Source of the DNA: Polyangiaceae bacterium
GTDB lineage: Bacteria > Myxococcota_A > Polyangia > Polyangiales > Polyangiaceae
Length of the DNA: 64,000 bases
Reading direction: 5' to 3'
NCBI GenBank assembly: GCA_044376115.1
Contig: JBILLK010000003.1
Coordinates: 288,001 to 352,000 of the forward strand
Position numbers and translations under genes: made by a program. Every line of letters begins with the position of its first letter. Position 1 is the stretch's first letter. A model generated the notes under the pieces. That model saw only the letters and a program-made list of their open reading frames with translations, made no database searches and was not told the origin of the DNA. Positions 32,546 to 43,488 of the stretch are shown in pieces.

Positions 32546-34075
32546 TCAACGCGCTGGCGGCGTTGTTACTTTCGGCATCTCGCGCAAGCACTTCTCCAGC
32601 GCCGGCTGGTGGAAGGCGTTCGATACCGGCAGCCGGGGCTTGCCCATCACATCGACCAAAAAGCGGTCGAACATATTGCTCGACGGTCCAAAGGTGGCGA
32701 ACACGAACATGGCTCGACCTTTGATGTTATCGAAGGGCACGCCGGCACCGTTGCCACGGTTCCACGAGCGCGAGTCATGGCTGTTGTCGCGCGCATCGCC
32801 GAGCACCCAGACCTCGCCGGGCTTCACTTGGTACTCTTTGCCGTCGCGACCGCAGAGCCCGTAATAGCAGTTGGTTTCACGGGGACAGTCGGCGTTGGTC
32901 TCACAAACCTGGTCGGGCACCGGTGCACGCAAGAGCGCGAGATACGGGTGGTCGTTGAGGAACTCAACGTACAGCTGCTGGGTGTTTTTCCCCTCGCGGT
33001 CCCCCTCTTGTTTGAACGGGCCGACATGGCAATTGGGCACCGGCCAGCCGTTGATGATCGGCCTGCCGTCCACCACTGCTAGCGTGTCCCCAGGGATCGC
33101 GATCACCCGCTTGATGAAGTCTTGCTCGGGGTTCTCCGGGTACTTGAAGACCATCACGTCCCCGCGAGTGGGCGGCAGATCCTCGAACAAGCGCTTCTCG
33201 GAGAAGGGCAGCAGCGGGCCGTAAGCGAACTTGTTGACGAAGATGTGATCGCCGACGAGCAAGGTCGGAATCATCGACCCGCTGGGGATCTTGAAGGCCT
33301 CCACCACCAGACCGCGAAGGACGAGCGCCACCATGATGGCGATCGCGATCGACTCGGCGTACTCGCGGATTTCGCCCTTGCGCCAGCGCGCCAAGTGCTC
33401 GCCGACGAGCCGCGTCGCGTTGGCCTGCGCCTTCTCGAAGGCGGCCTGTCGAAAGGGCACCTCGACGATGCACTGCTCGAGGGTGCTGAGACCGGCCTCG
33501 AGCTCCTCGCGCTCGACGACCAGGAGCTCCTTCGCGATCTCCTTGCGTTTGGCTTTGAGGATGCGCCGGGCCTCCTCCAGCAAGACCACCGACTCTTCGA
33601 ACCGGGCCTGCGCTGCGACGGGCACGTCTCGGCGCCCGCCGATGCCGCAGAAATCGGCCAAGGGCAGCCGAAAGCGCATGCGATAAAGGACGATCGCGAT
33701 CAGCGTGAAGAACAGAATTCCCGCGGGGATCTTCTGTTCACCGACGAGCGTTCGCAGCACGCTGACCGGTGTGCCATCGCTCGGCGGCTCCAAGAGCGAA
33801 ACCAGCTGCACGCCGATCAAGCCGGGTAGCGCGATGATCCAAACGGCGTAGAAAGCGTAGCGAAGCAGCGGGGAGCGCGCCTTGACGACCGGCTTTACAG
33901 CGGGAGCGTTGGGTGACAGCTCCTCCCTTTCCGCCCTCCCGTCACCGTCTTCAGGTTTGCCGCGCCCTTTTGCGGCCTGCGCCGGAGCATCCTCTCGGCC
34001 GCGCGACGAGCGCGACGCAGACCGCGCCGTGGGGCGAGGAGCGTCGTCAGGGGCTTCGTCGTTCGGTGAACTCAA
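32546..34075 (-). CDS. lepB: Signal peptidase I with long N-terminal extension
   Basis: FKIPSGSMIPTL (Ser), DFIKRVI (Lys), GDARDNSHDSR, IKGRA. Confidence 0.93.
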   Translation of the reverse strand: MSSPNDEAPDDAPRPTARSASRSSRGREDAPAQAAKGRGKPEDGDGRAEREELSPNAPAVKPVVKARSPLLRYAFYAVWIIALPGLIGVQLVSLLEPPSDGTPVSVLRTLVGEQKIPAGILFFTLIAIVLYRMRFRLPLADFCGIGGRRDVPVAAQARFEESVVLLEEARRILKAKRKEIAKELLVVEREELEAGLSTLEQCIVEVPFRQAAFEKAQANATRLVGEHLARWRKGEIREYAESIAIAIMVALVLRGLVVEAFKIPSGSMIPTLLVGDHIFVNKFAYGPLLPFSEKRLFEDLPPTRGDVMVFKYPENPEQDFIKRVIAIPGDTLAVVDGRPIINGWPVPNCHVGPFKQEGDREGKNTQQLYVEFLNDHPYLALLRAPVPDQVCETNADCPRETNCYYGLCGRDGKEYQVKPGEVWVLGDARDNSHDSRSWNRGNGAGVPFDNIKGRAMFVFATFGPSSNMFDRFLVDVMGKPRLPVSNAFHQPALEKCLREMPKVTTPPAR

Positions 34076-34143
34076 AGGATGCGGTCCGATGGGCTGAGCC
34101 GCCCCCGATTGATCTAGACGTGCCCTCCTTGAGGCGCAACCAG

Positions 34144-35058
34144 CTAGTTTCTTGGTCCCCCGCGCCGCTCCGTTGTGCAGGCCCCGCCACCACTGATTCG
34201 AGTCACGCGCGGCAGCAGCCGTTCATAAATGAGGTCGCTCATCGACTCGACTGGGACCTCGGTTTGCTCGGGATCCGTAGGCTCGGGTTGGGGTGGCGCA
34301 GGCACGAGCGCAAGCTCCTCGAGCGTGATCGCTCCGTCTTGGTCGAGGTCTGCGGCCGCAATTCCATCGAACAAGAACGGCGCTTCTTCCTCCGTCGTTG
34401 ATCGAAATAGCTCCTCTGCGCGGACCTCCACGGTCATTGTCTGTTCGACGTCGGCGCTGAGCGTCACCCGCGACACAAGGCCGGCTTCATTCGATGGCAG
34501 CGACTCACACTCGCTGACGCGGAACCCTGCGCGGAAGGACCAGTCGAAGCGCATGGTGAGGCCGTTCTTCTCAGCTTGCCCGATCACCCGCAGCGTGGTC
34601 GGGCGCTCATCAACGTAGTCGTCGCTGGCCTCGACGCGCATCTCCTCCAGATCTCGATCGCTGGTCCCGGTACCCAGTCGCGTGTCGGGGGATGGGCCGC
34701 GATGGCGCCACTCGACCTCGCACTGGCCGAGCCCGTAGACCAAGCCGACCTTCTCGGCTCGGTCCACCGCTCGGAAGTCGAACAGCCATTCGTAGTTCGT
34801 CTCCGAATAATCGGCGCAACCGTTCTCACTGCCTTCCGGATCATCGACCTCGACGCCGCCGAGCGCGGTGATGAAGCGGTCGAGCGCGATCGACCAGCCG
34901 TCATTCGTAGTGAAACCGTTGCGCGTTCCTTCGCTCGGTTCGGCCTTGAGCAGCAAGCTTCCAGGTTCGGGTCGACCGTCTGCAGGCAGACAGCTCGCGC
35001 ACGAGATCAGCCAGTATTGCAACAGAGCGAAGAGCCGAGCAGGTCTGCAACCCATCAA
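34144..35058 (-). CDS. Lipoprotein accompanying the TonB-dependent receptor
   Basis: CASC lipobox; EF-hand-like DLDQDGAITLEE; start overlaps the receptor stop. Confidence 0.7.
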   Translation of the reverse strand: MMGCRPARLFALLQYWLISCASCLPADGRPEPGSLLLKAEPSEGTRNGFTTNDGWSIALDRFITALGGVEVDDPEGSENGCADYSETNYEWLFDFRAVDRAEKVGLVYGLGQCEVEWRHRGPSPDTRLGTGTSDRDLEEMRVEASDDYVDERPTTLRVIGQAEKNGLTMRFDWSFRAGFRVSECESLPSNEAGLVSRVTLSADVEQTMTVEVRAEELFRSTTEEEAPFLFDGIAAADLDQDGAITLEELALVPAPPQPEPTDPEQTEVPVESMSDLIYERLLPRVTRISGGGACTTERRGGPRN

Positions 35059-37016
35059 AAAAAAGCTCCTTCGAGGCCCAGACTCGGGATGGTCACCGGG
35101 CCGACCTCATTGCCTTGAAGCGTCTCGGTATTGAGCGTCGAATTTAGCATTTCGACGACGAACGAAAGCCAGCCGTGTTCACCCAAGAGCCACTTCTTTT
35201 CGACCCGGAAGTCGAGCCGATAAAAGGCTGGATCGCGGGTTGGCGCGAGGCGCAGGTTCTCGTCGGCTCCCGAGGCCAAGGTGTCGTAAACAGGTGCGCC
35301 CGAATAGAGCGAGAAGCGAGCTCCCACGCGAACGCGATGACCGAGATCGGCGCTGAGCGCCGAGTGCAAGACGTGCGGCCTGTCGAAGGCCGCGGGGAAG
35401 GTGTAGCCGTCCAAACTGCGCTCGGCGCGCGAGAAGGTGTAGGCGATGAAGCCGCCGATCCGACTCGAGAGCGAGCGCCGCAGATAGACCTCCACACCCT
35501 TCGCCGCGCCGCGACTGCGCGGGATGGTGGTGAGCGCATCCCCTCCCGGACGAACACCCAGCGTATCGCTCAGGTTGTCGGAGACCCCGTCGAAGAGCGT
35601 GACGGTGGCCGTGGTTGCGAGCGGAAGATCGAGCTCGACGCCGGCTGCTGCTTGCAGCGAAAGCTGCAAGCCATCACGCAGGCTGGCGACGGCCAAACCC
35701 GGGACGGGCACCAGGAAAGACGGTGGTTGGTGCGCAAGGCCGAGCGTGTGGAGCAGCCGAATGTCCTTGGTTAGATCGACCACGACGGCGAGCCTCGGGT
35801 CGACGGCCAGCGCGCTCGCGCCGCCCGAAAAGAAGCCGTCGACGCGCAGGCCCGGCGTCAGCTGCAGCCTCGGATCGAGCTGCCATACGAAGTCCAAGTA
35901 ACCGCCGAGCGCAGCGTCGTTGCGCGGTGGGAAGAGCGAATTGAACGCCTCCGTGTCGGGATCGTCCGGGTCCGAATAGAGCTGCTCATCGCCGCGATAG
36001 AGGTCTTGCTGCAGGTCGAAGCCCGCGCGCATGGTGAGGTTCTCGAGCCACGGTTGGGTGAGCTCCAAGCGACTGGCGATGAAGATGTCGCGCGTGTTGC
36101 GGCCGTCGGCGACGCGCGTTTGATCGAAGCCGCCGGTGACCGCCGCCCGCAGCTTGCCGCCTTGCGGCAGCTTGCGATCGTAGCGCCCGTCGACGCGATA
36201 AAACTCCGAGCCGAAGATCACCGTCTCGATCTCGGCCTCCGTCTGCGAGAGGAAATCGTAGGCGCCGAAGGCGAATAGCGAGAAGCGATCTTTGGGCGTC
36301 AGATCGTAGGAAAAGCGCGCCTGGTAGTCGCGGTAGTCGAGCGTGATCTCCGGTGAGATCGCCGAGAACAGCAGCGCGGTATACGAGAAGCGCCCGCCCA
36401 ATAACGCGCTGGCTTTCTCGTCCGCGAAGCCAACTTCGACGAGGCCCCCGGTGTCGACCAAGCGCAGGTTGGCCTCGCCATGCGCGTCGGTGCGCGGCTC
36501 GTTGGTCTCCGCGGTGACGATTGCTCCGGCGAAGCGACCGAACCTCGCGGGGTAGCCACCGGCATGCAGATCCACACGCTCGACGAGGCCGGGATGGATC
36601 ACTGAAGGGCCCGCGGCTGCGTGAAAAAGGTACGGCACGCGCACGCCGTCCAAGAAGTAGCCGACGTTGCCGGGAGGCGCGCCGCGCACATAAAAGAACG
36701 GCAACCCCGAGACGATCGGCGTTACGCCTGGCAAAATTTCGATCGCGCGGAACGGGTCTCCGAACGCACCTGGAAGTTGCCGGACCTCCTCGCGGGTGAG
36801 CGAACTGACCGAGGGCGGGTGCTTGACGCCTTCCACGGTGACCTCGATCGGTTCGGGTTCGGCCGGCTCTGCGGCTTGCTCGGCGGCCGCGACGTTGGCG
36901 GGCTCGGCTTGTTCTGGGGACGACGGCGGCGGGGTCGGAGTCTCTTGTGCAAAGGCCGTATGCGGCCCGAGGCCGAGCAACGTGAGCGAAGCCAACGCAC
37001 GCTGCAGGCGCGTCAA
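35055..37016 (-). CDS. TonB-dependent receptor
   Basis: TTG 37016 overlaps the upstream stop; signal peptide ending AFA; plug motifs LPGAFGDPFRAIEILPGV and GGYPARFG; C-terminal LGLEGAFF. Confidence 0.9.
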   Translation of the reverse strand: MTRLQRALASLTLLGLGPHTAFAQETPTPPPSSPEQAEPANVAAAEQAAEPAEPEPIEVTVEGVKHPPSVSSLTREEVRQLPGAFGDPFRAIEILPGVTPIVSGLPFFYVRGAPPGNVGYFLDGVRVPYLFHAAAGPSVIHPGLVERVDLHAGGYPARFGRFAGAIVTAETNEPRTDAHGEANLRLVDTGGLVEVGFADEKASALLGGRFSYTALLFSAISPEITLDYRDYQARFSYDLTPKDRFSLFAFGAYDFLSQTEAEIETVIFGSEFYRVDGRYDRKLPQGGKLRAAVTGGFDQTRVADGRNTRDIFIASRLELTQPWLENLTMRAGFDLQQDLYRGDEQLYSDPDDPDTEAFNSLFPPRNDAALGGYLDFVWQLDPRLQLTPGLRVDGFFSGGASALAVDPRLAVVVDLTKDIRLLHTLGLAHQPPSFLVPVPGLAVASLRDGLQLSLQAAAGVELDLPLATTATVTLFDGVSDNLSDTLGVRPGGDALTTIPRSRGAAKGVEVYLRRSLSSRIGGFIAYTFSRAERSLDGYTFPAAFDRPHVLHSALSADLGHRVRVGARFSLYSGAPVYDTLASGADENLRLAPTRDPAFYRLDFRVEKKWLLGEHGWLSFVVEMLNSTLNTETLQGNEVGPVTIPSLGLEGAFF

Positions 37017-37687
37017 AAGGCAGCTCTCAACGTTAGTTGCCCGCCTGTCGCCTGCGCGTCTTGCGACTGCGGTTGGTCGAACACGAACAGCGACGCACCC
37101 AGCGCGAAAAGCCCCAGCCCAGCCCCGCCAGCCACGCCCGAACCGAGCCGGAAGTCCTCGCTCGCCGAGACCAACGACGCGTATTCGGTCTTCGTCGCTT
37201 CGTCGCTGAAATCCGCCGTTTGTGCGAGGTCCCGGCTCTCGCGATAGCGCACCACCGAGAGCACGCCGAGCACGATCGAGAGGGCGGTGCTCGCGGCCGC
37301 GGTGCCGATCAGGGCGTAGGCCGCTTTGCGCTGGCCGGTCTCTTCGAGCTCGGGCGCGACCACGGTGAGCTTGCCAGCCTCGAGTTCGAGTGCGCCGATC
37401 CACGCCTCGTAACCACGCGCGAGCACCTCCACCCGATGGTCGCCTAGCGGCATCAACATCAGCTCGGGTGGTGCATCTCCGCTTGGCGCTTCGCCGTTCA
37501 CCCGCACCGTCGCTTCGCTCGGCAACTCAAAGGTGAGACAGCCCGTCGCCGACCGCTCGAGTTTGGCGTCGATAATGGCCTTTTCGCAGGCAGCAGCGGT
37601 CAGCGGCTCTCTCCGTTCGCAGCCGCTCAGCGCTGGTAGCAGCGCCAGCGCAAGGCTTAGCCAACTCGGCGCGAACGAACGCTGCAT
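37013..37687 (-). CDS. PEGA-domain lipoprotein with C-terminal hydrophobic helices
   Basis: LSGC lipobox; ATVRVNG..LPLGDHRVEVLARGYE-type PEGA pattern. Confidence 0.75.
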   Translation of the reverse strand: MQRSFAPSWLSLALALLPALSGCERREPLTAAACEKAIIDAKLERSATGCLTFELPSEATVRVNGEAPSGDAPPELMLMPLGDHRVEVLARGYEAWIGALELEAGKLTVVAPELEETGQRKAAYALIGTAAASTALSIVLGVLSVVRYRESRDLAQTADFSDEATKTEYASLVSASEDFRLGSGVAGGAGLGLFALGASLFVFDQPQSQDAQATGGQLTLRAAF

Positions 37688-37688
37688 T

Positions 37689-38132
37689 TCAGGGCTTACC
37701 GAGCTCCGGATAGAGCAGCGCGAAGGCGTCTTGAACGTCGTCGATCAGCTCGCCGCCGTCATCCATGCGATGCCACGAGCCGTTCGCCCCGCGGTCTGCG
37801 TAGTAGGTGTAGCGCCGGAACTTGGGCGAGGTCGGGTCGGCGCCGGGCAGGTTCAGGTACTCGAGCTCCAGCGCGCGGATCGGCAGCTTGTACTCGAGCG
37901 CGAGCGCCAGCACTTTGCCGCGTCGGCCGAGTCGCAGCCGATGCTTGCTCTCGCGCGTGATCGAAACCTCGGGCAGACCGTCAAGATCGCGCACGATCGC
38001 CGCCATCGTGCGGATCGCCGCGGGGCCAGCCTGATCCGGTTCTGGCGTCAGCCGTTCGACCGCCTTGCGCGCAAAGTCTGCCAGCTTGGTGGGCGGCAAC
38101 GCCGCTTCGGGCTCTTCATCGCTTGCACTCAT
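37689..38132 (-). CDS. Hypothetical protein
   Basis: ATG 38132; fits operon spacing between neighbours. Confidence 0.6.
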   Translation of the reverse strand: MSASDEEPEAALPPTKLADFARKAVERLTPEPDQAGPAAIRTMAAIVRDLDGLPEVSITRESKHRLRLGRRGKVLALALEYKLPIRALELEYLNLPGADPTSPKFRRYTYYADRGANGSWHRMDDGGELIDDVQDAFALLYPELGKP

Positions 38133-38173
38133 CGCGCAAGCGTCCTTCACCCGCGTGCGTTGATCAAGCGGCG

Positions 38174-39277
38174 TCAGTCGCTGCCCCGTTCCACGGCCAG
38201 ATTGACCAGCGCTGCTCGGTCGTCCAAGGCGACTGACTGCGGGGCGGTGTTGCCAGCCGTTGCTGTGCGATCGAGCACGATGAAATAGCTTCCTTTGGGC
38301 AGCGGGAGCTTGCGACGGAAGGGTTGCGGCGTCGCTACCACGCCGCCCACGCTGGGTACGCCGAAGCCAACGTCGGTGATGGTGTCGTTTTGCAGCGGAG
38401 CGGCGGGCGGTGCGCCGGTGGCCGCGGTGGTGATGTATTGCTGGGCCCACAGTTCGCCCTGACCGCGCTGCACGACCATCACGTCGATATCGCGTGCGCC
38501 CTCGAGCACGGCGGTCACGTACAGCGCCATGCCGGAGTCGGGCAGTTCGAACGGGCCGACGTAATCACGCTGGTTGTCGTGGACCTCGATGCGCTCGTTG
38601 AGCACGAGCTCGCGATCGCTCGAGGACGGATCGAACGGCGCGAGCGGGCGCTCTCCGGGCGCGACATAGCCGAGCGAGAAGGTCACTTCGCCGTCCGACT
38701 CACGAATCACGGTGAAGCCCTGACCGAGCGCGTACGCCAGCATGCCCTCCCCGACCTGATTCACGAAGCCCTGCGCTGAGCCGCCGGGTAGGAAGCTGCC
38801 CATCGGCCCAGCGGGCAATGCCCCGCCCTCGACCATCAGCTGCTCGAACTTCTTGGCGGTTACAGCGGCCGGCCGGAAGTAGATGTACATGGTCGAGCCG
38901 TCGAGCTTGAAGTCCTGCTCGTATTGAACGGCGGCGCTGGCATTGAAGCCGACGCGCTTGGTCAAATTGGACCAGCCGTACCCGAGGCCACCCAACTGAA
39001 TGTAGAGATCGCCGTTGTTCTCCAGCGTCTCGATATTGCATTGGCGCGGAAAGAAGCGGCCGAGGCTCGGATCGTCCACGCCGAGCTTGAGCGGCACGCT
39101 GCGCTGCAGCAGCTCCTTGCACAGGCTGCCGGTGCCGAACGCGAGCAGCTCGCGACGTAACGTCCGGTTCGATGGGTCATTGAGGACCCCGGGCATGACG
39201 GCCAAAAAATTCTGCGTGGAGCAGCTTTGGAGACCGCAAAGAAGCGCGATTGAGCAGAGCACCGAACGAAGCTTCAT
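38174..39277 (-). CDS. Hypothetical lipoprotein
   Basis: GGAGG RBS, LQSC lipobox, 367 aa. Confidence 0.75.
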   Translation of the reverse strand: MKLRSVLCSIALLCGLQSCSTQNFLAVMPGVLNDPSNRTLRRELLAFGTGSLCKELLQRSVPLKLGVDDPSLGRFFPRQCNIETLENNGDLYIQLGGLGYGWSNLTKRVGFNASAAVQYEQDFKLDGSTMYIYFRPAAVTAKKFEQLMVEGGALPAGPMGSFLPGGSAQGFVNQVGEGMLAYALGQGFTVIRESDGEVTFSLGYVAPGERPLAPFDPSSSDRELVLNERIEVHDNQRDYVGPFELPDSGMALYVTAVLEGARDIDVMVVQRGQGELWAQQYITTAATGAPPAAPLQNDTITDVGFGVPSVGGVVATPQPFRRKLPLPKGSYFIVLDRTATAGNTAPQSVALDDRAALVNLAVERGSD

Positions 39278-39369
39278 CCGCCTCCAGTTTGAGCACGGAT
39301 CGGCGGGGAGAGCGAGACCGTGCTTCGGTGCACCATTCGTCCAATCGCGTGATAGCTTTTCGGGTCACT

Positions 39370-40368
39370 ATGCGAGTCAGCGTTTTGGGTGCAGGGGCGT
39401 GGGGAACGGCGTTGGCAAAGGCTCTCGCGGACAAGGGCTTCCCAACCAAGGTGTGGGCCTTGGGCGAGGACCTAGCGAGCAGCATCAATCAGGCCCGCGA
39501 AAACAAGCGTTACCTGCCCGGGTTCAAGTTGCCGGAGAACCTGACGGCGACTGCGGATCTCGCCGAATCGCTCGATGGAGCTGAGCTGACCGTGTTGGTC
39601 GTGCCCTCGCACGCGATGCGCGAGGTCACGCTCAAAGCGAAGGCGCTGATCCCGCAGAACTCGATCATTTGCAGCGCCTCCAAGGGCATCGAGAACGAGA
39701 CCTTGATGCTGATGAGCGACGTCCTGCGCGACACGCTCGGAGATGAGGCGGTTCCGCGTTTGACGTATCTCTCCGGGCCGAGCTTCGCCAAGGAAGTTGC
39801 TGCGGGGATGCCCACCGCGGTGGTCGTCGCCGGCAAAGACGCCGCGGTCACCAAGACCTGCCAACGCGCCTGGGCCACCGACAAACTGCGCGTTTACAGC
39901 TCCGACGACGTCGTGGGCGTGGAGATGGGCGGAGCGCTGAAGAACGTGATCGCGATCGCCGCTGGGGCCATCGACGGTCTCGGCTTTGGCTACAACTCGC
40001 GCGCCGGCATGATCACGCGTGGGCTTTTCGAGATCGGCCTGCTCGCGACCAAGCTCGGTGGGAACCCGCTGACGGTCGCGGGGCTCTCCGGCATGGGCGA
40101 CTTGGTGCTCACCTGCACCGGGGATTTGTCGCGTAATCGCACCGTCGGCATCGAGCTCGGCAAGGGCCGCAAGCTGCCTGAGATTTTGGCCGGCCTCGGG
40201 CACGTCGCCGAGGGAGTGAAAACCACCAAGAGCGCGTACGACCTCTCCGTGAGGGAGAAGGTCGAGATGCCGATCACGCACGAGGTTTTCCGGGTGCTTT
40301 ACGAACAGAAAGACCCGCGGCAGGCGGTGGTGGACATCATGACCCGCGAACTGCGGAGCGAGAGATGA
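39370..40368 (+). CDS. gpsA: NAD(P)H-dependent glycerol-3-phosphate dehydrogenase
   Basis: VLGAGAWGTAL, SKGIE, LSGPSFA, GALKNVIAI, GDLVLTC, SRN. Confidence 0.97.
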   Translation: MRVSVLGAGAWGTALAKALADKGFPTKVWALGEDLASSINQARENKRYLPGFKLPENLTATADLAESLDGAELTVLVVPSHAMREVTLKAKALIPQNSIICSASKGIENETLMLMSDVLRDTLGDEAVPRLTYLSGPSFAKEVAAGMPTAVVVAGKDAAVTKTCQRAWATDKLRVYSSDDVVGVEMGGALKNVIAIAAGAIDGLGFGYNSRAGMITRGLFEIGLLATKLGGNPLTVAGLSGMGDLVLTCTGDLSRNRTVGIELGKGRKLPEILAGLGHVAEGVKTTKSAYDLSVREKVEMPITHEVFRVLYEQKDPRQAVVDIMTRELRSER

Positions 40369-41516
40369 AGCTGGGGCTTCGCGCGGTCGCTGGCCTGATC
40401 GGGGCCATTGCGCTTTGTGCTTCGTCCTCGGCGGAGGCCCAACAACAACCGCCTCCGGGGACCTGGAATCCGCCGCCGGTGGCCGGCCAATGCCCGCCTG
40501 GTCAATTCTGTTTGCCGGGCATTCCAGGCCTCGGTCAGCCTGCGCAACCGCCGTATCCGGGGCAGCCTCCTTACGGGCAGCCGTATCCAGGGCAGCCTCC
40601 CTACGGGCAACCACCGTACGGTCAACCGCCGTATGGCTACGGCCCACCCCCTCGGCCCAACGCCACCGGCTTGGAGCTCGGTTACTTGTACGGGACGTCG
40701 ATCGCCTGGGGCATCGGCACGGGCGTTTGGCTCGACGTGGAGGCTGGGATCGATAACCCCGGCCTCGCGATCATCATGCCCGCGCTGTTTGGCGCCGCTG
40801 CGCCGATCGGCGTTTTGATCGCCGACTATGCGATCGGTGATTTCCCGCGCGGCGTGCCGGCGTCCCTGGCGACAGGCATGTGGCTCGGCGCCGGTCTTGG
40901 TGCGGGCATCTGGGTCGTGCAATCGGCCGTTTCGAGCACGAGCGAGGAGTGGGGCTTTCCCGGCCTCGGGCGGGCGGCGTTCGTTGGGTCGGTGGTTGGT
41001 GGCGTCGGTGGTGGTGTGATCGGCGGCGTGCTCGAGCCCTCGCCGAAGACCAGCATGTTCGTGCTCTCGGCCTCGGGCTGGGGCGCGATGGTCGGTGCAG
41101 CCTTTGGTGGTGCAGCCTCGAGCGGCGGATGGAAAGAAGCGAATGACGCCGTCACCGTCGGCGGCCTCGTTGGCTACGGCGTGGGCATGCTCGGCTCGGG
41201 TGGTGCTTCGATTCCGTGGGTGCCTTCGTGGGGCCAACTCGGCGCGATGTGGGCCGGGTTTGGTATTGGCGCTGCGGCGACCACGCCTATCTACCTCGTG
41301 TATCTGGCCGTTCCCGACGCAGATCCGCGAACCGGGCTGATCGCGCAGGGCATCGGCGGTCTGCTCGGTATTGGCGCTGGTGCGCTGCTCGGGCCTCGCA
41401 ACAGGAGCTCCGACCCGTACGCCACCGGGGACGGGCCATTCGCACATTTGATGGGCGTTTCCCCGACGATTAGCGAGAACGGCCTCGGCCTGCAGGCCGT
41501 CGGAATTCTGCGCTGA
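40365..41516 (+). CDS. Gly-rich membrane protein with N-terminal (P)YGQP repeats
   Basis: Signal peptide, PYPGQP/PYGQP repeats, many glycine-zipper-like hydrophobic segments. Confidence 0.7.
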   Translation: MKLGLRAVAGLIGAIALCASSSAEAQQQPPPGTWNPPPVAGQCPPGQFCLPGIPGLGQPAQPPYPGQPPYGQPYPGQPPYGQPPYGQPPYGYGPPPRPNATGLELGYLYGTSIAWGIGTGVWLDVEAGIDNPGLAIIMPALFGAAAPIGVLIADYAIGDFPRGVPASLATGMWLGAGLGAGIWVVQSAVSSTSEEWGFPGLGRAAFVGSVVGGVGGGVIGGVLEPSPKTSMFVLSASGWGAMVGAAFGGAASSGGWKEANDAVTVGGLVGYGVGMLGSGGASIPWVPSWGQLGAMWAGFGIGAAATTPIYLVYLAVPDADPRTGLIAQGIGGLLGIGAGALLGPRNRSSDPYATGDGPFAHLMGVSPTISENGLGLQAVGILR

Positions 41517-41580
41517 GCTTTCACGAGGGCCGCCTTCTTGGGCGGTAACCAGCGGCCCTTCTTGCTATGCTGCGCCGCCA

Positions 41581-43482
<1,902 letters not shown>

Positions 43483-43488
43483 GTTGAC

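Noticed and set aside
37017..37403. N-terminal extension of the TonB receptor ORF (similarly for ftsH, gpsA and the enoyl-CoA hydratase)
   Set aside because: Overlaps upstream genes or lacks family similarity; downstream starts fit signal peptides and family N-termini
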